Shown here in pieces: positions 19,373 through 28,930 of a stretch of DNA of 38,240 bases. The DNA lies in the NCBI GenBank assembly GCA_044376115.1, contig JBILLK010000049.1:1-38240 (forward strand), written 5' to 3'. This DNA is from Polyangiaceae bacterium (GTDB lineage Bacteria; Myxococcota_A; Polyangia; Polyangiales; Polyangiaceae). The translations under genes were made by a program, and so were the position numbers. The notes below the pieces were generated by a model that saw only the letters and a list, made by a program, of their open reading frames with translations, did not search any database and was not told the DNA's origin. Each line of letters begins with the position of its first letter. The first letter of the stretch is position 1.

Positions 19373-21760
19373 ATGGACTCGTCTCGTCGACGCACCTCCC
19401 TTTGGAACGCCCCCTTTACGCTCGCGCTGTGCGGCCTGCTTGGCGCCTGCGCGACGGCCTCGTCCACGACCGAAGACATTGCACCGGCGAAGGCGAGCGC
19501 ACCGCCGTCGGCGGTCACCGCGGCGCCCCCTTCCCTGCCACCGATCGCTCCGCGGCTCGTGCTCGCAACCGCAGCGAAATGGCGCTCCGGCTACCAGCGG
19601 TGGCACGGGCTCGTCCCTAGCAACAACGGAAAGCTCGTAGCGTTGTTCGGGTCGACCACGAAGCTGGTCTCCACCGAAGACGGCTCCGTCCGCGCCGAGC
19701 TGCCGATGTGCAGCTCGAGCGTCGCCTTCTCGCCCGACCAACGCACGCTCTTCGTCGTCACCTGCCCACAGCACCTCGAACCGGTGGACCTCTCGGCTCG
19801 CCACAGCCCGGAGACCGCGGTGTTGCGCTGGGACCTGGATCGCGACGAGACAACTCCGTTCGCGAGCGGGCGCTTCGATCGGGTCGCGGTCCCGGCAGGC
19901 GGAGACGGCGTGCTTTTGATCGGCCGGGATCGGGTGCAGCTCCACGGCCTGACCGACGGCACCGTCAAGCGAACCCTGAGCGTGCTCGGGCAGGAGGAGC
20001 ACGACCTCGTGGCTGTGTCGCCCAACGCCGAACGGGCCGTGTTCAGCGTCGATCGGTCGCTCGTGCTCGCATCGGCGGATGGCGTCACCAAGCTCGGACT
20101 CACCACCTACGACCATCCGGTGTTCTCGACCGATCTGCAGCTCATCGTACGACGTGGAGCCGACAGACGCATGCAGCTGACCGAGGCCGTCGGCGGCAAG
20201 GTCATCGCCTCGCTGGGAGTGCCTGAGAGCGCGGGGGCGCTGCTCTTTGACCCAACCGATCAGCGGCTGGCCGTTCGAACGGACGGGCACGTCGGGATCG
20301 TCGATCGGGCCGGCAAGCTCCTGTGTGAAGGGCCAGAGGGCGAGGTGGTCGGCTGGTCGAACGACGGCAAGCAGCTCTTGCTCCAGGCACGAGAGGCGAT
20401 CGCGATCATGGACAGCGCCGACTGTCGCGTGGCGCATCGCGGACCCTATGAAGGCTCGTCAACCGACGAACTTGCAACCAATGGCCTGCTCGAGGTGGTC
20501 AGCGTGGACCACCGGAGCGAGCAGATCAAAGTTTGGCGCAAGGGCGTGACGGACAAGGCTGCGCTCAAACAGACGCCTTGGCTGGGCGTGGGAACCGCGC
20601 AGAGCGTCGAGTTTGGGGAGGTCTCCTTCGATCTTCAAAAGGGCCTTGTCGGTCCACCCCCACAAGGAGAGGTGATCGTCGTTCCAGCCGGCGTCCTCTC
20701 GGCGCGGACGAGAGAAGGCGCTGTCGTGCCGGTGCGAGGAGAGCTGCCCGCGGGCCTGGTGGGAGAGCTTTTCTTTCGTGACGCCAAAGGGAAAGAGACG
20801 GTGCTGCCGCGCTCGAAGCCCTTCATCAAGCAGGAGCGCCAGGTGTCCGAGCACTGTCGGCTGAGCAACACCGGCGCCTTCCTGGTGTGCAATCGCGTAG
20901 GACAAGACGGCCAATTCCTCGGCGTGTGGGACGCCAAGGCCCGCTGGAAAGGCGAACTCTCCGGCACCTACGCGCAGTTCTCCGCCGACGACTCTCGCCT
21001 GCTCGTCGCCGACTACACCATCGGGGGTACGCGCCTGTTCGAGACCTCCACGCTGCGTCAACTGTTCGTGGACCGCGGCGGCCGCACCTTCAACAGCGCA
21101 CAGTTCGGTGATGGCGGCGCGCTCATCGCCTGGAATGGAACTGGAGTCGTCGACGCGAAGAGCGGCAAGGTCGTGTGGGGCAGCGAAGAGACAGACGTCG
21201 TCGGCTGGCTCCGCGGACCAGGCGCGCGCGTCATCGAGCGGACGCGCTACGTCGCCGTCTCGAGGGATGCCGGCGCCTACGACAACGCCGGGCCGCTCCA
21301 AATTCGCGAAGGACGCAGCGCCAAGCTGCTTCACGCCTTCGACGTCGACGTCGAGATCGTCGACCAGACCAACGACGGATCACTCCTACTCACGCGCGAC
21401 GCGCTCGACGTGTACCGCGTGCGCGACGGCATTAGCTACGCCGAGATCACGACGCTCGGCACCTGGAACAACGCCTGGTTCGATGCTTCGGCGCGCTTCG
21501 TGACGTGCTCCAACGACGACGTGCTGGTGACCCGGCGGCTCGCCGATGGGGTGGAGCTCGTGCAAGTGCCAACGACGACCCCAGGCCAGCGCGGCCTCGC
21601 CTTCACGCGAGACGTCCTCTTCGACGGCGACCCAGCGTCCTTCGCGCTACTGCGCCGCCGCGAAGGCGGGCCCCTCTCCGGCAAGCTCCACGAAGTGGGC
21701 GCCGAAACCCCTGGTTATCGGGTTGAGGACTTCTGGGCCGGCAAGAGCATCGCGCGCTGA
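19373..21760 (+). CDS. Beta-propeller (WD40-like) lipoprotein
   Basis: GAGG site before ATG 19373; LLGAC lipobox; repeats VAFSPD, AVSPNA, GWSNDG, QFSADD. Confidence 0.88.
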   Translation: MDSSRRRTSLWNAPFTLALCGLLGACATASSTTEDIAPAKASAPPSAVTAAPPSLPPIAPRLVLATAAKWRSGYQRWHGLVPSNNGKLVALFGSTTKLVSTEDGSVRAELPMCSSSVAFSPDQRTLFVVTCPQHLEPVDLSARHSPETAVLRWDLDRDETTPFASGRFDRVAVPAGGDGVLLIGRDRVQLHGLTDGTVKRTLSVLGQEEHDLVAVSPNAERAVFSVDRSLVLASADGVTKLGLTTYDHPVFSTDLQLIVRRGADRRMQLTEAVGGKVIASLGVPESAGALLFDPTDQRLAVRTDGHVGIVDRAGKLLCEGPEGEVVGWSNDGKQLLLQAREAIAIMDSADCRVAHRGPYEGSSTDELATNGLLEVVSVDHRSEQIKVWRKGVTDKAALKQTPWLGVGTAQSVEFGEVSFDLQKGLVGPPPQGEVIVVPAGVLSARTREGAVVPVRGELPAGLVGELFFRDAKGKETVLPRSKPFIKQERQVSEHCRLSNTGAFLVCNRVGQDGQFLGVWDAKARWKGELSGTYAQFSADDSRLLVADYTIGGTRLFETSTLRQLFVDRGGRTFNSAQFGDGGALIAWNGTGVVDAKSGKVVWGSEETDVVGWLRGPGARVIERTRYVAVSRDAGAYDNAGPLQIREGRSAKLLHAFDVDVEIVDQTNDGSLLLTRDALDVYRVRDGISYAEITTLGTWNNAWFDASARFVTCSNDDVLVTRRLADGVELVQVPTTTPGQRGLAFTRDVLFDGDPASFALLRRREGGPLSGKLHEVGAETPGYRVEDFWAGKSIAR

Positions 21761-21816
21761 GGGTTCGCCGGCCTCGGCCTCGCGTACCAGAGTCTCCCCG
21801 TGCGAAACTTCGGTCC

Positions 21817-23311
21817 GTGCTCGCCTTCACTCAATTCGACTCGGCCCTCCCCTCGAGCTCACCGCACTTCGACGAGTTCACCCGCTTCTTCGAGGAGCTC
21901 GGCTTCGTTGCGGACGGTTCCGGCAGCCTCCGCGCAGAGACCCCGATGCTGGAGCTCGGCGTGGAGTTCGCACAGAAGCACGATGGCGAGCCGTTCGTGC
22001 TGGTCTTGGCGTGGTTTCGCGGCGTGAAGGTGAAGCACAGCGGTCCGGCCCGCGTGTCGACGTTCCCCGCCATCGACAGCCTAAGCGAGGAGGGACCGAT
22101 CATCTGGAGCTGTCAACTCCCCTTTGAATCAAGGAGCACACTGGAGCTCGTCACCACGCTTCGGGGTCTCGGAACCGCCCAAGACTTCGCGGTCTTGGTC
22201 GCGACGCGTGGGCAAGACACCTGGAGGATTACGGTCGCGCACTTCACGGCGGCGGCGCGCCTGCACCCGGGCGTGGACCCGTGGATCGGCGACATCGCCT
22301 TCGGAATGCCGGCGCCGTTCGCCAACGACAACCTGACCGTCAGCGTTCGGGCCGCGATGAAGGAGTACCTCGCGCCGCGCGGCTATGCCCCGGACGGCAA
22401 CGGAACCGCGACGCTCGTCACCGACACACTCGTTCGCACGGTGAAGCACGACTCTGAGACCAGCACGGTGAAGAGCACCGTGTCCTTCCCCGGAAGCAAG
22501 GCGCGCCCACTCGTCGTGAAGCACTTCTTCTCACCGCTGGACCACCCCGGCCCCTGGTTCTCTGAGCACGTGAAGTACCTCGACAAGAACCACAAGCCGC
22601 CGCTCACGAAGAAGCAGGTGGGTGCGACCGCCGCTCGCGAGGCGGTGTCGAAAAAGAAGAAGGCCGGCAAGTCGTCCAGCACGACGCTGTTGAGTGAACC
22701 CGCCGTATCGACGGAGATCGTGACGCTCGAGCTGCTTGCCCTCGGGGCTCCCGCCACCACCTCGCGGGACGAGCTGGTGCTCCTCGTACGCGAGATCTTC
22801 GCGAAGAAGCGCGCGCGGCCGCAGCGCGTGGTCGTCGGCGTCGACACGCAGGTGGTTGGCGACCTGCGCTGGTTCTACGTGTGGTGTGATCACGACTGGG
22901 AGTGGACGCGCAATGCGATCGAAGAGCCCGCGGCAAAGAAGCTGAGCCCGCTCGTCGCCGTTGCCATGAGCGACAACTACAGCGTGCAGTCCTACGTGCG
23001 CTTCGTGGACGGCAAACGGGTCTTCGTATTGGAGAACGACGGCGAGGACTGGACGTTCGTGAATCGCGGCAAGACCGTAAAGGCCCCCGAGAGCGGCCCG
23101 TCGCCGTGGGCGACAAAGGTGCGCGGGCGGATGAAGACCCAGCCAGCCTGGGCCGGGCTCGCCATCGATCTGCCGGACGTGAAGACCGCGAAGCTCTTCG
23201 GAGCTGTTCGAGCTCGTCGCCGACGGCAAACTGCACGGCAAGCCCCTCGGCGTGGGCCCGGAGCTTGGCAGCGTCCTCATTGAAGAGCTGGCCAACGGGC
23301 CCAGCTACTGA
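21817..23311 (+). CDS. Hypothetical protein; apparent frameshift near 23200 (annotated frame stops 23283, natural end 23311)
   Basis: Strong codon bias to about 23199, then coding-like ELFELVADGKLHGKPLGVGPELGSVLIEELANGPSY* in the +1 frame. Confidence 0.72.
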
Positions 23312-23342
23312 CGATGCAGCGGCGCGAAGTAGACTCTGCAGC

Positions 23343-24269
23343 ATGAATCCCCGCGCGGCTCTCGCTCGACAGCGCCTACGCCAGTGCGGCCCGCTATTGC
23401 TTAGCGCTGTGCTCGCCTGCGGCGGTGAGCTGGCGCCAACCGTGGTCGCGTCGACTCCAGCGCCGTTCAGCTCCTCGGTCGCCACTAACGCGCCCAGCGC
23501 CACCCTCGCGAGCACCGAGTGGAGCGGCAAGGCCGCGGATTGCGAGGGCATCTTCATCGCGCCGCGGCGGCACTGCTTCAAAGGCGGGCCGCTCCCTGCG
23601 CCCGCGCGGTCACCGGCGCCAAACAAGCCCCACATCCTGATCCTGGCCCGGCACTCGAGCCTCAACCTCACGTCGAGGCTCAGCGAGCAATGCATCGTCG
23701 CCGAGGAGCAGACGGTGCTCCCCGTCGACGGGCTCGAGCTCGAGGTTCGCTTGGCGCCCGCGGCAGCGCCGGAAGTGGTCCGCGCCGATGAGCGACTCGG
23801 ACTCGAGCTCATCGCCTGCACCGCGCGCGTCGTGAGCGAGAGCTACGGCGCGGTCGGTACGCCGAAGCAAATCACCGTCATCTTCTTCCCCGGCGACATC
23901 GAGAACAAGGGCCGAACGCGGCTCGATGCAGCGACCACGCCGGGCATCATCGTGGAGTTCCAGCACGTCGACGCGCCGCTCACCAACGCCAGCGCGCTCC
24001 GGCTCCTGCGCGTCAACGCCGAGCGCCTCCAAGCGTGCGTGGAAACGCACAAGCAGAAAGGACGGGTCTCCCTCGTGGTCGAGCTGGGCTTCGGTCGCGA
24101 CGGCTCCGCCCGCGATGTGAAGGTCACCGACGTCGAACCCAAGCAGGCCGAGCTCGCCAAGTGCGTGCAAGGCGTTCACTACAACCTCGAATCGACGATC
24201 TACGCCGAAGACGGCAGCACGACGTTGAAGCTCCGATATTGGCTGCGCGGATCGCCCAACCTGCTGTGA
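23343..24269 (+). CDS. Lipoprotein with AgmX/PglI-like (TonB-C-like) C-terminal domain
   Basis: ATG 23343; AVLAC lipobox; LQACVE...GRVSLVVELGFGRDGSARDVKV...ELAKCV. Confidence 0.72.
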   Translation: MNPRAALARQRLRQCGPLLLSAVLACGGELAPTVVASTPAPFSSSVATNAPSATLASTEWSGKAADCEGIFIAPRRHCFKGGPLPAPARSPAPNKPHILILARHSSLNLTSRLSEQCIVAEEQTVLPVDGLELEVRLAPAAAPEVVRADERLGLELIACTARVVSESYGAVGTPKQITVIFFPGDIENKGRTRLDAATTPGIIVEFQHVDAPLTNASALRLLRVNAERLQACVETHKQKGRVSLVVELGFGRDGSARDVKVTDVEPKQAELAKCVQGVHYNLESTIYAEDGSTTLKLRYWLRGSPNLL

Positions 24270-24350
24270 AGGCAGGCGCGAAGTGTCCACTGGGCCATGC
24301 GGCGTGCAGCGGTGGCCAAGCGCCTACCCGGGGCCTCGAACGAAGGGCCT

Positions 24351-25700
24351 TCATTGCTGCGCTGGAAGTGTCGCCCGCTGTAGCGGGGAAGGTCGGCCAG
24401 CACCCATTGGCTCGTCCGGATCGGGCTCTTCACTCAGCGCAACCATGTACACGTAGCCGTCGGGAGCTTGCGCCCACGCGCTCGGAAAGGGCACGTGACC
24501 GACATGCCAACCCGCGGGGTCACCTTCGATCATCGAGGCGCGCATGAAGCCGACGATCGCATCGCCCCACACAACGACGTCGTTCCAGAGTCCGAGATAG
24601 GGATCCTTTTCATTCGGCTGATAGATCCAACCAACGTAGACGCTGCGCCGGTTGGTCGGCACCGCCGCTTCATCTGCGAGCACGAACGGCGAGCTATTGC
24701 TGCGGTCGTAGTGCACGAACGGATCGCTATAGAGCGCGCAATCGGGCTCGTTACCGTGCACGTCCAGCTCGCAGGGCCCCTCGATCACAGGCCAGCCGAG
24801 GTTCTGCCCCGTGGCGGAGATCACGTTGACCTCTTCAATATCGTCCAGCCCGACATCGCCAAAGAACCAGCGCCCTTCGTGGTAGACGCCCTGCCACGGT
24901 GAACGCAGTCCCTTGGCAACAATCGCTGGGTCGGCGCCGGGCGAATAAAGTTCGGCACCTGGAACAGGCTGATAGCCGCCCACTCCCGGCTCGAGCGAGG
25001 GCACGATGCGAATCAGCGCCCCCAGCAGCGAGGTCTCGTCTTGGGAGACCTCCGCCGTTGGCTCGGCCGCCTTCGGGTTGGCGATGCCTTTGTCTCCGAC
25101 CAAGAGCCACATCACGCCCCCTTCGTCGAAGCCCATCGAGGTGATGTTGTGCCAGCGTGGAGAAGATGGAACCTCCAGATCGAGGATCACCACCGCGCTC
25201 TCGATGGTCCCTACCGGGTCCTCGCGATCGAGCGCGTAACGTCGAACGACTACGTGATTCTTCGCGAGGTTCAGCGCAAGGTAGAAGTAGCCGTTGACGG
25301 CGAACCCAGGGTCTAACGCGAGGGCGAGCAACCCAGCGTCATACTCGGCGAACACATCGTCGAGCGCAGCGCGAAACAGCACCTCTGCGCCCTCCGAGTC
25401 CAACTGCGCGAGTTCGACACCGCCCAACAGATCACACACCATGAACTCACTTGAACCGTCCGGCGCGAACGCCAGATCGGTGATGTAGGAGAGCTCGGTG
25501 TCGAAGGGGACTGGCTCGAAGGAAAGGGCGAGCTGCTCGAGCGGCCCGCCGCCTGCTCCGCCTGCACCCGCTCCGCCTGCTCCGCCTGCGGCACCAGCGC
25601 CTCCGGCTGCCCCAGCATCGTCACCACAGCCCGTCGCAAGTACTGCAACCAGCAAAGCGAAAGTCGAACCGGCTCGGAGCCCCAAACGATGGTTGTTCAT
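24351..25700 (-). CDS. PQQ-dependent sugar dehydrogenase-like (GSDH/YliI family) lipoprotein
   Basis: LATGC; DLAFAPDG, AGLLALALDPGF..NG-FY, WLLVGD, LLGALIRI, AKGLRSPW, GDVG..DIEEVN, GQNLGWP. ATG 25700 overlaps the upstream stop. Confidence 0.88.
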   Translation of the reverse strand: MNNHRLGLRAGSTFALLVAVLATGCGDDAGAAGGAGAAGGAGGAGAGGAGGGPLEQLALSFEPVPFDTELSYITDLAFAPDGSSEFMVCDLLGGVELAQLDSEGAEVLFRAALDDVFAEYDAGLLALALDPGFAVNGYFYLALNLAKNHVVVRRYALDREDPVGTIESAVVILDLEVPSSPRWHNITSMGFDEGGVMWLLVGDKGIANPKAAEPTAEVSQDETSLLGALIRIVPSLEPGVGGYQPVPGAELYSPGADPAIVAKGLRSPWQGVYHEGRWFFGDVGLDDIEEVNVISATGQNLGWPVIEGPCELDVHGNEPDCALYSDPFVHYDRSNSSPFVLADEAAVPTNRRSVYVGWIYQPNEKDPYLGLWNDVVVWGDAIVGFMRASMIEGDPAGWHVGHVPFPSAWAQAPDGYVYMVALSEEPDPDEPMGAGRPSPLQRATLPAQQ

Positions 25701-26668
25701 AGTCCGTTGATCCAAGCTCGGAGAATGGGTTCGGCCGCAGGGTCGACACGCGTTAGACCGATCGGAGGCATGGCTTTGAAAGGCCCTTCATAGTCGGACT
25801 CTGGCGCCAGCACGACGCCAATGAAAAGCACGCTTGCCTCCGGATCGCCAGCCACGACGCGAATCCCCTCGGCGGTCTCGGCCTCGGTTTCTACGCCGAC
25901 GGTCTCGCTCAAGGCGTCCTCGGGAAAGAGGCTGAAGGCAGCGTTGGTTGCGTCACCACCAGTATGGCAGGTCACGCAATTCCCAATGAAGTACCCCAGC
26001 GCTGCCGTCTCTGCGGCAAAGCGTCCTGCTACGGGCTCGACCTTCGGGGGGGAGACGAAGAGCTGACTTGCCGCGAGCACCTCGTTCGTCTGGTAGGGGC
26101 CAACGCCGAGCACTGGCGTACCAACGGTCTCCTCGCTCGTCTCGTGGCAAGTTCGACAATCGAGCCGCGCGGGAATCACATGGTCGGTTGCATCCGGCAA
26201 GACCGCCGGCTCCAAAGGCCAGTTACCCTCGAGCAGCTCAGCCTCGAGGCCGTCCTCACGCCATCGATAGACGGCGTACTCCCAGCCGGCCTCTCGTCGA
26301 AACAGCAGTCGCGTCTCGATCGGCGCGCCCTCGAAGACGAAGCTCTTCAGCAAGACCGTGCCAACGGGGAAGGACCATGAGGAGGAACGCGGATCGATCT
26401 GCGCACCCGGAGGTAGGTACAAAAGCCGCTCTTTCTCTAAGCCGTTGCTGAAGAGCGGAAACCGTGGCTCGTAGGGCGTCAGCTCCAACACCGGATCGCG
26501 CAGCGGAACGTCCGTGAAGGCGCCCACCTCCGAGAGAAGCAGCGGCAGCGGCTGCTCGACGTCGTCGAGCCAGCGCGGCTCGGGCGGAAGGGGCGACGTC
26601 GTCGTTGCATCCGCATCACCGCAGCCAAGAAAGAGCGAGACAAGCACGCAACAACGGAGTGGCCGCAT
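25697..26668 (-). CDS. SO2930-like diheme c-type cytochrome lipoprotein
   Basis: FLGC lipobox; PLFSNGLEKER, FPVGTVLLKSF, IETRLL; haem motifs CRTCH and CVTCH; distal MPPIG. Confidence 0.9.
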   Translation of the reverse strand: MRPLRCCVLVSLFLGCGDADATTTSPLPPEPRWLDDVEQPLPLLLSEVGAFTDVPLRDPVLELTPYEPRFPLFSNGLEKERLLYLPPGAQIDPRSSSWSFPVGTVLLKSFVFEGAPIETRLLFRREAGWEYAVYRWREDGLEAELLEGNWPLEPAVLPDATDHVIPARLDCRTCHETSEETVGTPVLGVGPYQTNEVLAASQLFVSPPKVEPVAGRFAAETAALGYFIGNCVTCHTGGDATNAAFSLFPEDALSETVGVETEAETAEGIRVVAGDPEASVLFIGVVLAPESDYEGPFKAMPPIGLTRVDPAAEPILRAWINGL

Positions 26669-26995
26669 CAGGCGAACAGGCTAGCGCAGTGCGCCGTCGT
26701 CGTCGTTGTCCAAGCCGTCCGAGCACGACGCCCGCGCGATCCGCCCATTCGCTCGCACAGATACACTATCAACGCCACAATGGGCCAACTCGTCTCGGGC
26801 GAGGCCGCGTCGAGACTGCGGACCCGTTCCTAGCGCTGCGTGCTCAACGCGAGTCGAGCGTGATGCCAGTGTAGATGTCATCGACCGCAAACGTCAGCCG
26901 GTGGAGGCTGAGGACGACACGCGCTCCGCCGCGTTCAAGTTCAGTGCAAAAGATAACTTGGTCCTCGGTTAGGCTGACCGAAAGAGAGGCAGAGA

Positions 26996-28011
26996 GTGTC
27001 CACTACGTTCCATGTGACGGTTGGGGCGATCGAGACCGTATCGGCCGAGGCGGCCAGGTCGTTGGTGCTCGCTACGGGGCGGCGGCCGGTCAACTTCGAC
27101 AAGCTGCTGGGCAAGAGCAAAGCATGGACGCGCGTCGAGATGGCCGTCGCCTGCACCCACGCAGACGAGACCTGCTCGACAGCGGAGGTGTTCTACGCCC
27201 GTGCGCTGAGCGCGGCATGGAACGAGCTGAACACCGCCTGGGGCGACGAGAAGAAGCTAGCGAAGAACCCGGTCGACAAGGCGTTCGGCGGCAAGCTCTT
27301 TGACCCGGGCACGAAGTTCGTCGAGTGGCGGGACGCGAAGCTGGGCAACGATCACCCCTGCCCCGTCCTATTCGTTCGCCTCGATCACTCGCCCGACGTG
27401 ACCAGCGCGACGTTCCTGGTGCCCGAGGCGTGGACGAAAGGGATCGGCAAGGTTGGGCTCGACTGTGCGATCTACGGGCACCACGACGCCGAGGCGCAGC
27501 GCGCAACCAACTGGCGCTTCGCGATCGAGGCTCGTCCCGTGAAAGGGCTCGAGCGCATCAAACCTCGCGGCGGCGTGAAGAAGGGCTACGGCAGCCTCGC
27601 CTGGTTCGAGGGCCGCCTGTTCGCGATCGACGACGACGCTTCTCTCGTGGTCGAGCTCGATGCTGCGTTCTCGCCCAAGCCAGTGCCGTGGTTCACGCGA
27701 AGCGCAGCGATGACGGGCATGTGGACCGAGGGCGATTCGCTGTTCGTCGCGAAGAAGAAGGGCGGCATCGAGGTACGAAAGGACAAGATCGTCGCGTCGC
27801 CAAAGAACACCATCACCCCCAGCTATGCGGGGATGCGTTGGCTTGCGGCCGGCCAGAGCGCATTGCCGCTCGACAAAGAGGGCGTGCGCGCTCGCGAGAG
27901 GCGGCTGAGCGTGCCGCGGATCCAGCGACGCGTGAGGCGTTGCTCGCGCTGGCCGAGGCCGAGGCCGATGAGGCCGCTCTCGAGGCGGCGTCCAAGGTGA
28001 TGAAGAGGTGA
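26996..28011 (+). CDS. Hypothetical protein; apparent frameshift near 27890 (annotated frame stops 28000, natural end 28011)
   Basis: GTG start after AGAGAGG; strong codon bias; C-terminus REAAERAADPATREALLALAEAEADEAALEAASKVMKR* lies in another frame. Confidence 0.75.
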
Positions 28012-28029
28012 TAGGCGGAACGAAGACTT

Positions 28030-28526
28030 TCCCCATCGTTACTTCGCTGCGCACCGACGTAAGCCGCCGGGGCTGCGCTAGCTCCCCATCGTTACTTCGC
28101 TGCGCACCGACGTAAGCCGCCGGGGCTGCGCTAGGTCCCCATCGTTACTTCGCTGCACACCGACGTAAGCCGCCGGGGCTGCGCTAGCTCCCCATCGTTA
28201 CTTCGCTGCGCACCGACGTAAGCCGCCGGGGCTGCGCTAGGTCCCCATCGTTACTTCGCTGCACACCGACGTAAGCCGCCGGGGCTGCGCTAGCTCCCCA
28301 TCGTTACTTCGCTGCTCACCGACGTAAGCCGCCGGGGCTGCGCTAGGTCCCCATCGTTACTTCGCTGCGCACCGACGTAAGCCGCCGGGGCTGCGCTAGC
28401 TCCCCATCGTTACTTCGCTGCGGACCGACGTAAGCCGCAGGGGCTGCGCTAGCTCCCCATCGTTACTTCGCTGCGCACCGACGTAAGCCGCCGGGGCTGC
28501 GCTAGCTCCCCATCGTTACATCGCTG
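28030..28526. repeat. Tandem array: 9 full 53-bp units plus a partial tenth
   Basis: Unit CCCCATCGTTACTTCGCTGCGCACCGACGTAAGCCGCCGGGGCTGCGCTAG(C/G)T starting at 28031, 28084, 28137, 28190, 28243, 28296, 28349, 28402, 28455, and partial at 28508. Confidence 0.98.
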
Positions 28527-28681
28527 GTTAGGAGGTGCTTGCGGCGAACGGAAGGGCCGCCCGTACTGTGGGTCATCGAATTCAGCGGGATTTCGGGTGC
28601 AGCCGGGATGCAGCGAGCCAAGCAGCCGTCGAGCGCGGTTGGCATAGCGAAGTAACCAGAGCGGGCTGGCGCAGCTACCCC

Positions 28682-28890
28682 GGTTTACGTCGCACGAGGG
28701 GGACAAGCGACTTGGTGGACAGCCTCGGTTTACGTCGCACGAGGGGGACAAGCGACTTGGTGGACAGCCTCGGTTGGGGTCGCACGAGGGGGACAAGCGA
28801 CTTGGTGGACAGCCTTGGCTGGGGTCGCTCGACGGCGGGACAGCCCTGGCTGGGGTCGCTCGACGGCGGGGTCGCTCGACGGCGAGGTCG
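28682..28890. repeat. Tandem array: 3 x 45-bp units followed by shorter decaying units
   Basis: GGTTTACGTCGCACGAGGGGGACAAGCGACTTGGTGGACAGCCTC at 28682, 28727 and 28772 (variant), then three GGGGTCGCTCGACGGC copies. Confidence 0.95.
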
Positions 28891-28930
28891 CCCGCGCCAC
28901 GATCGACAAGTGTGACAGGATGCGCACGAC

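Noticed and set aside
28030..28526. CRISPR array
   Set aside because: Units are contiguous near-identical 53-mers with no unique spacers, and there are no cas genes in the window.
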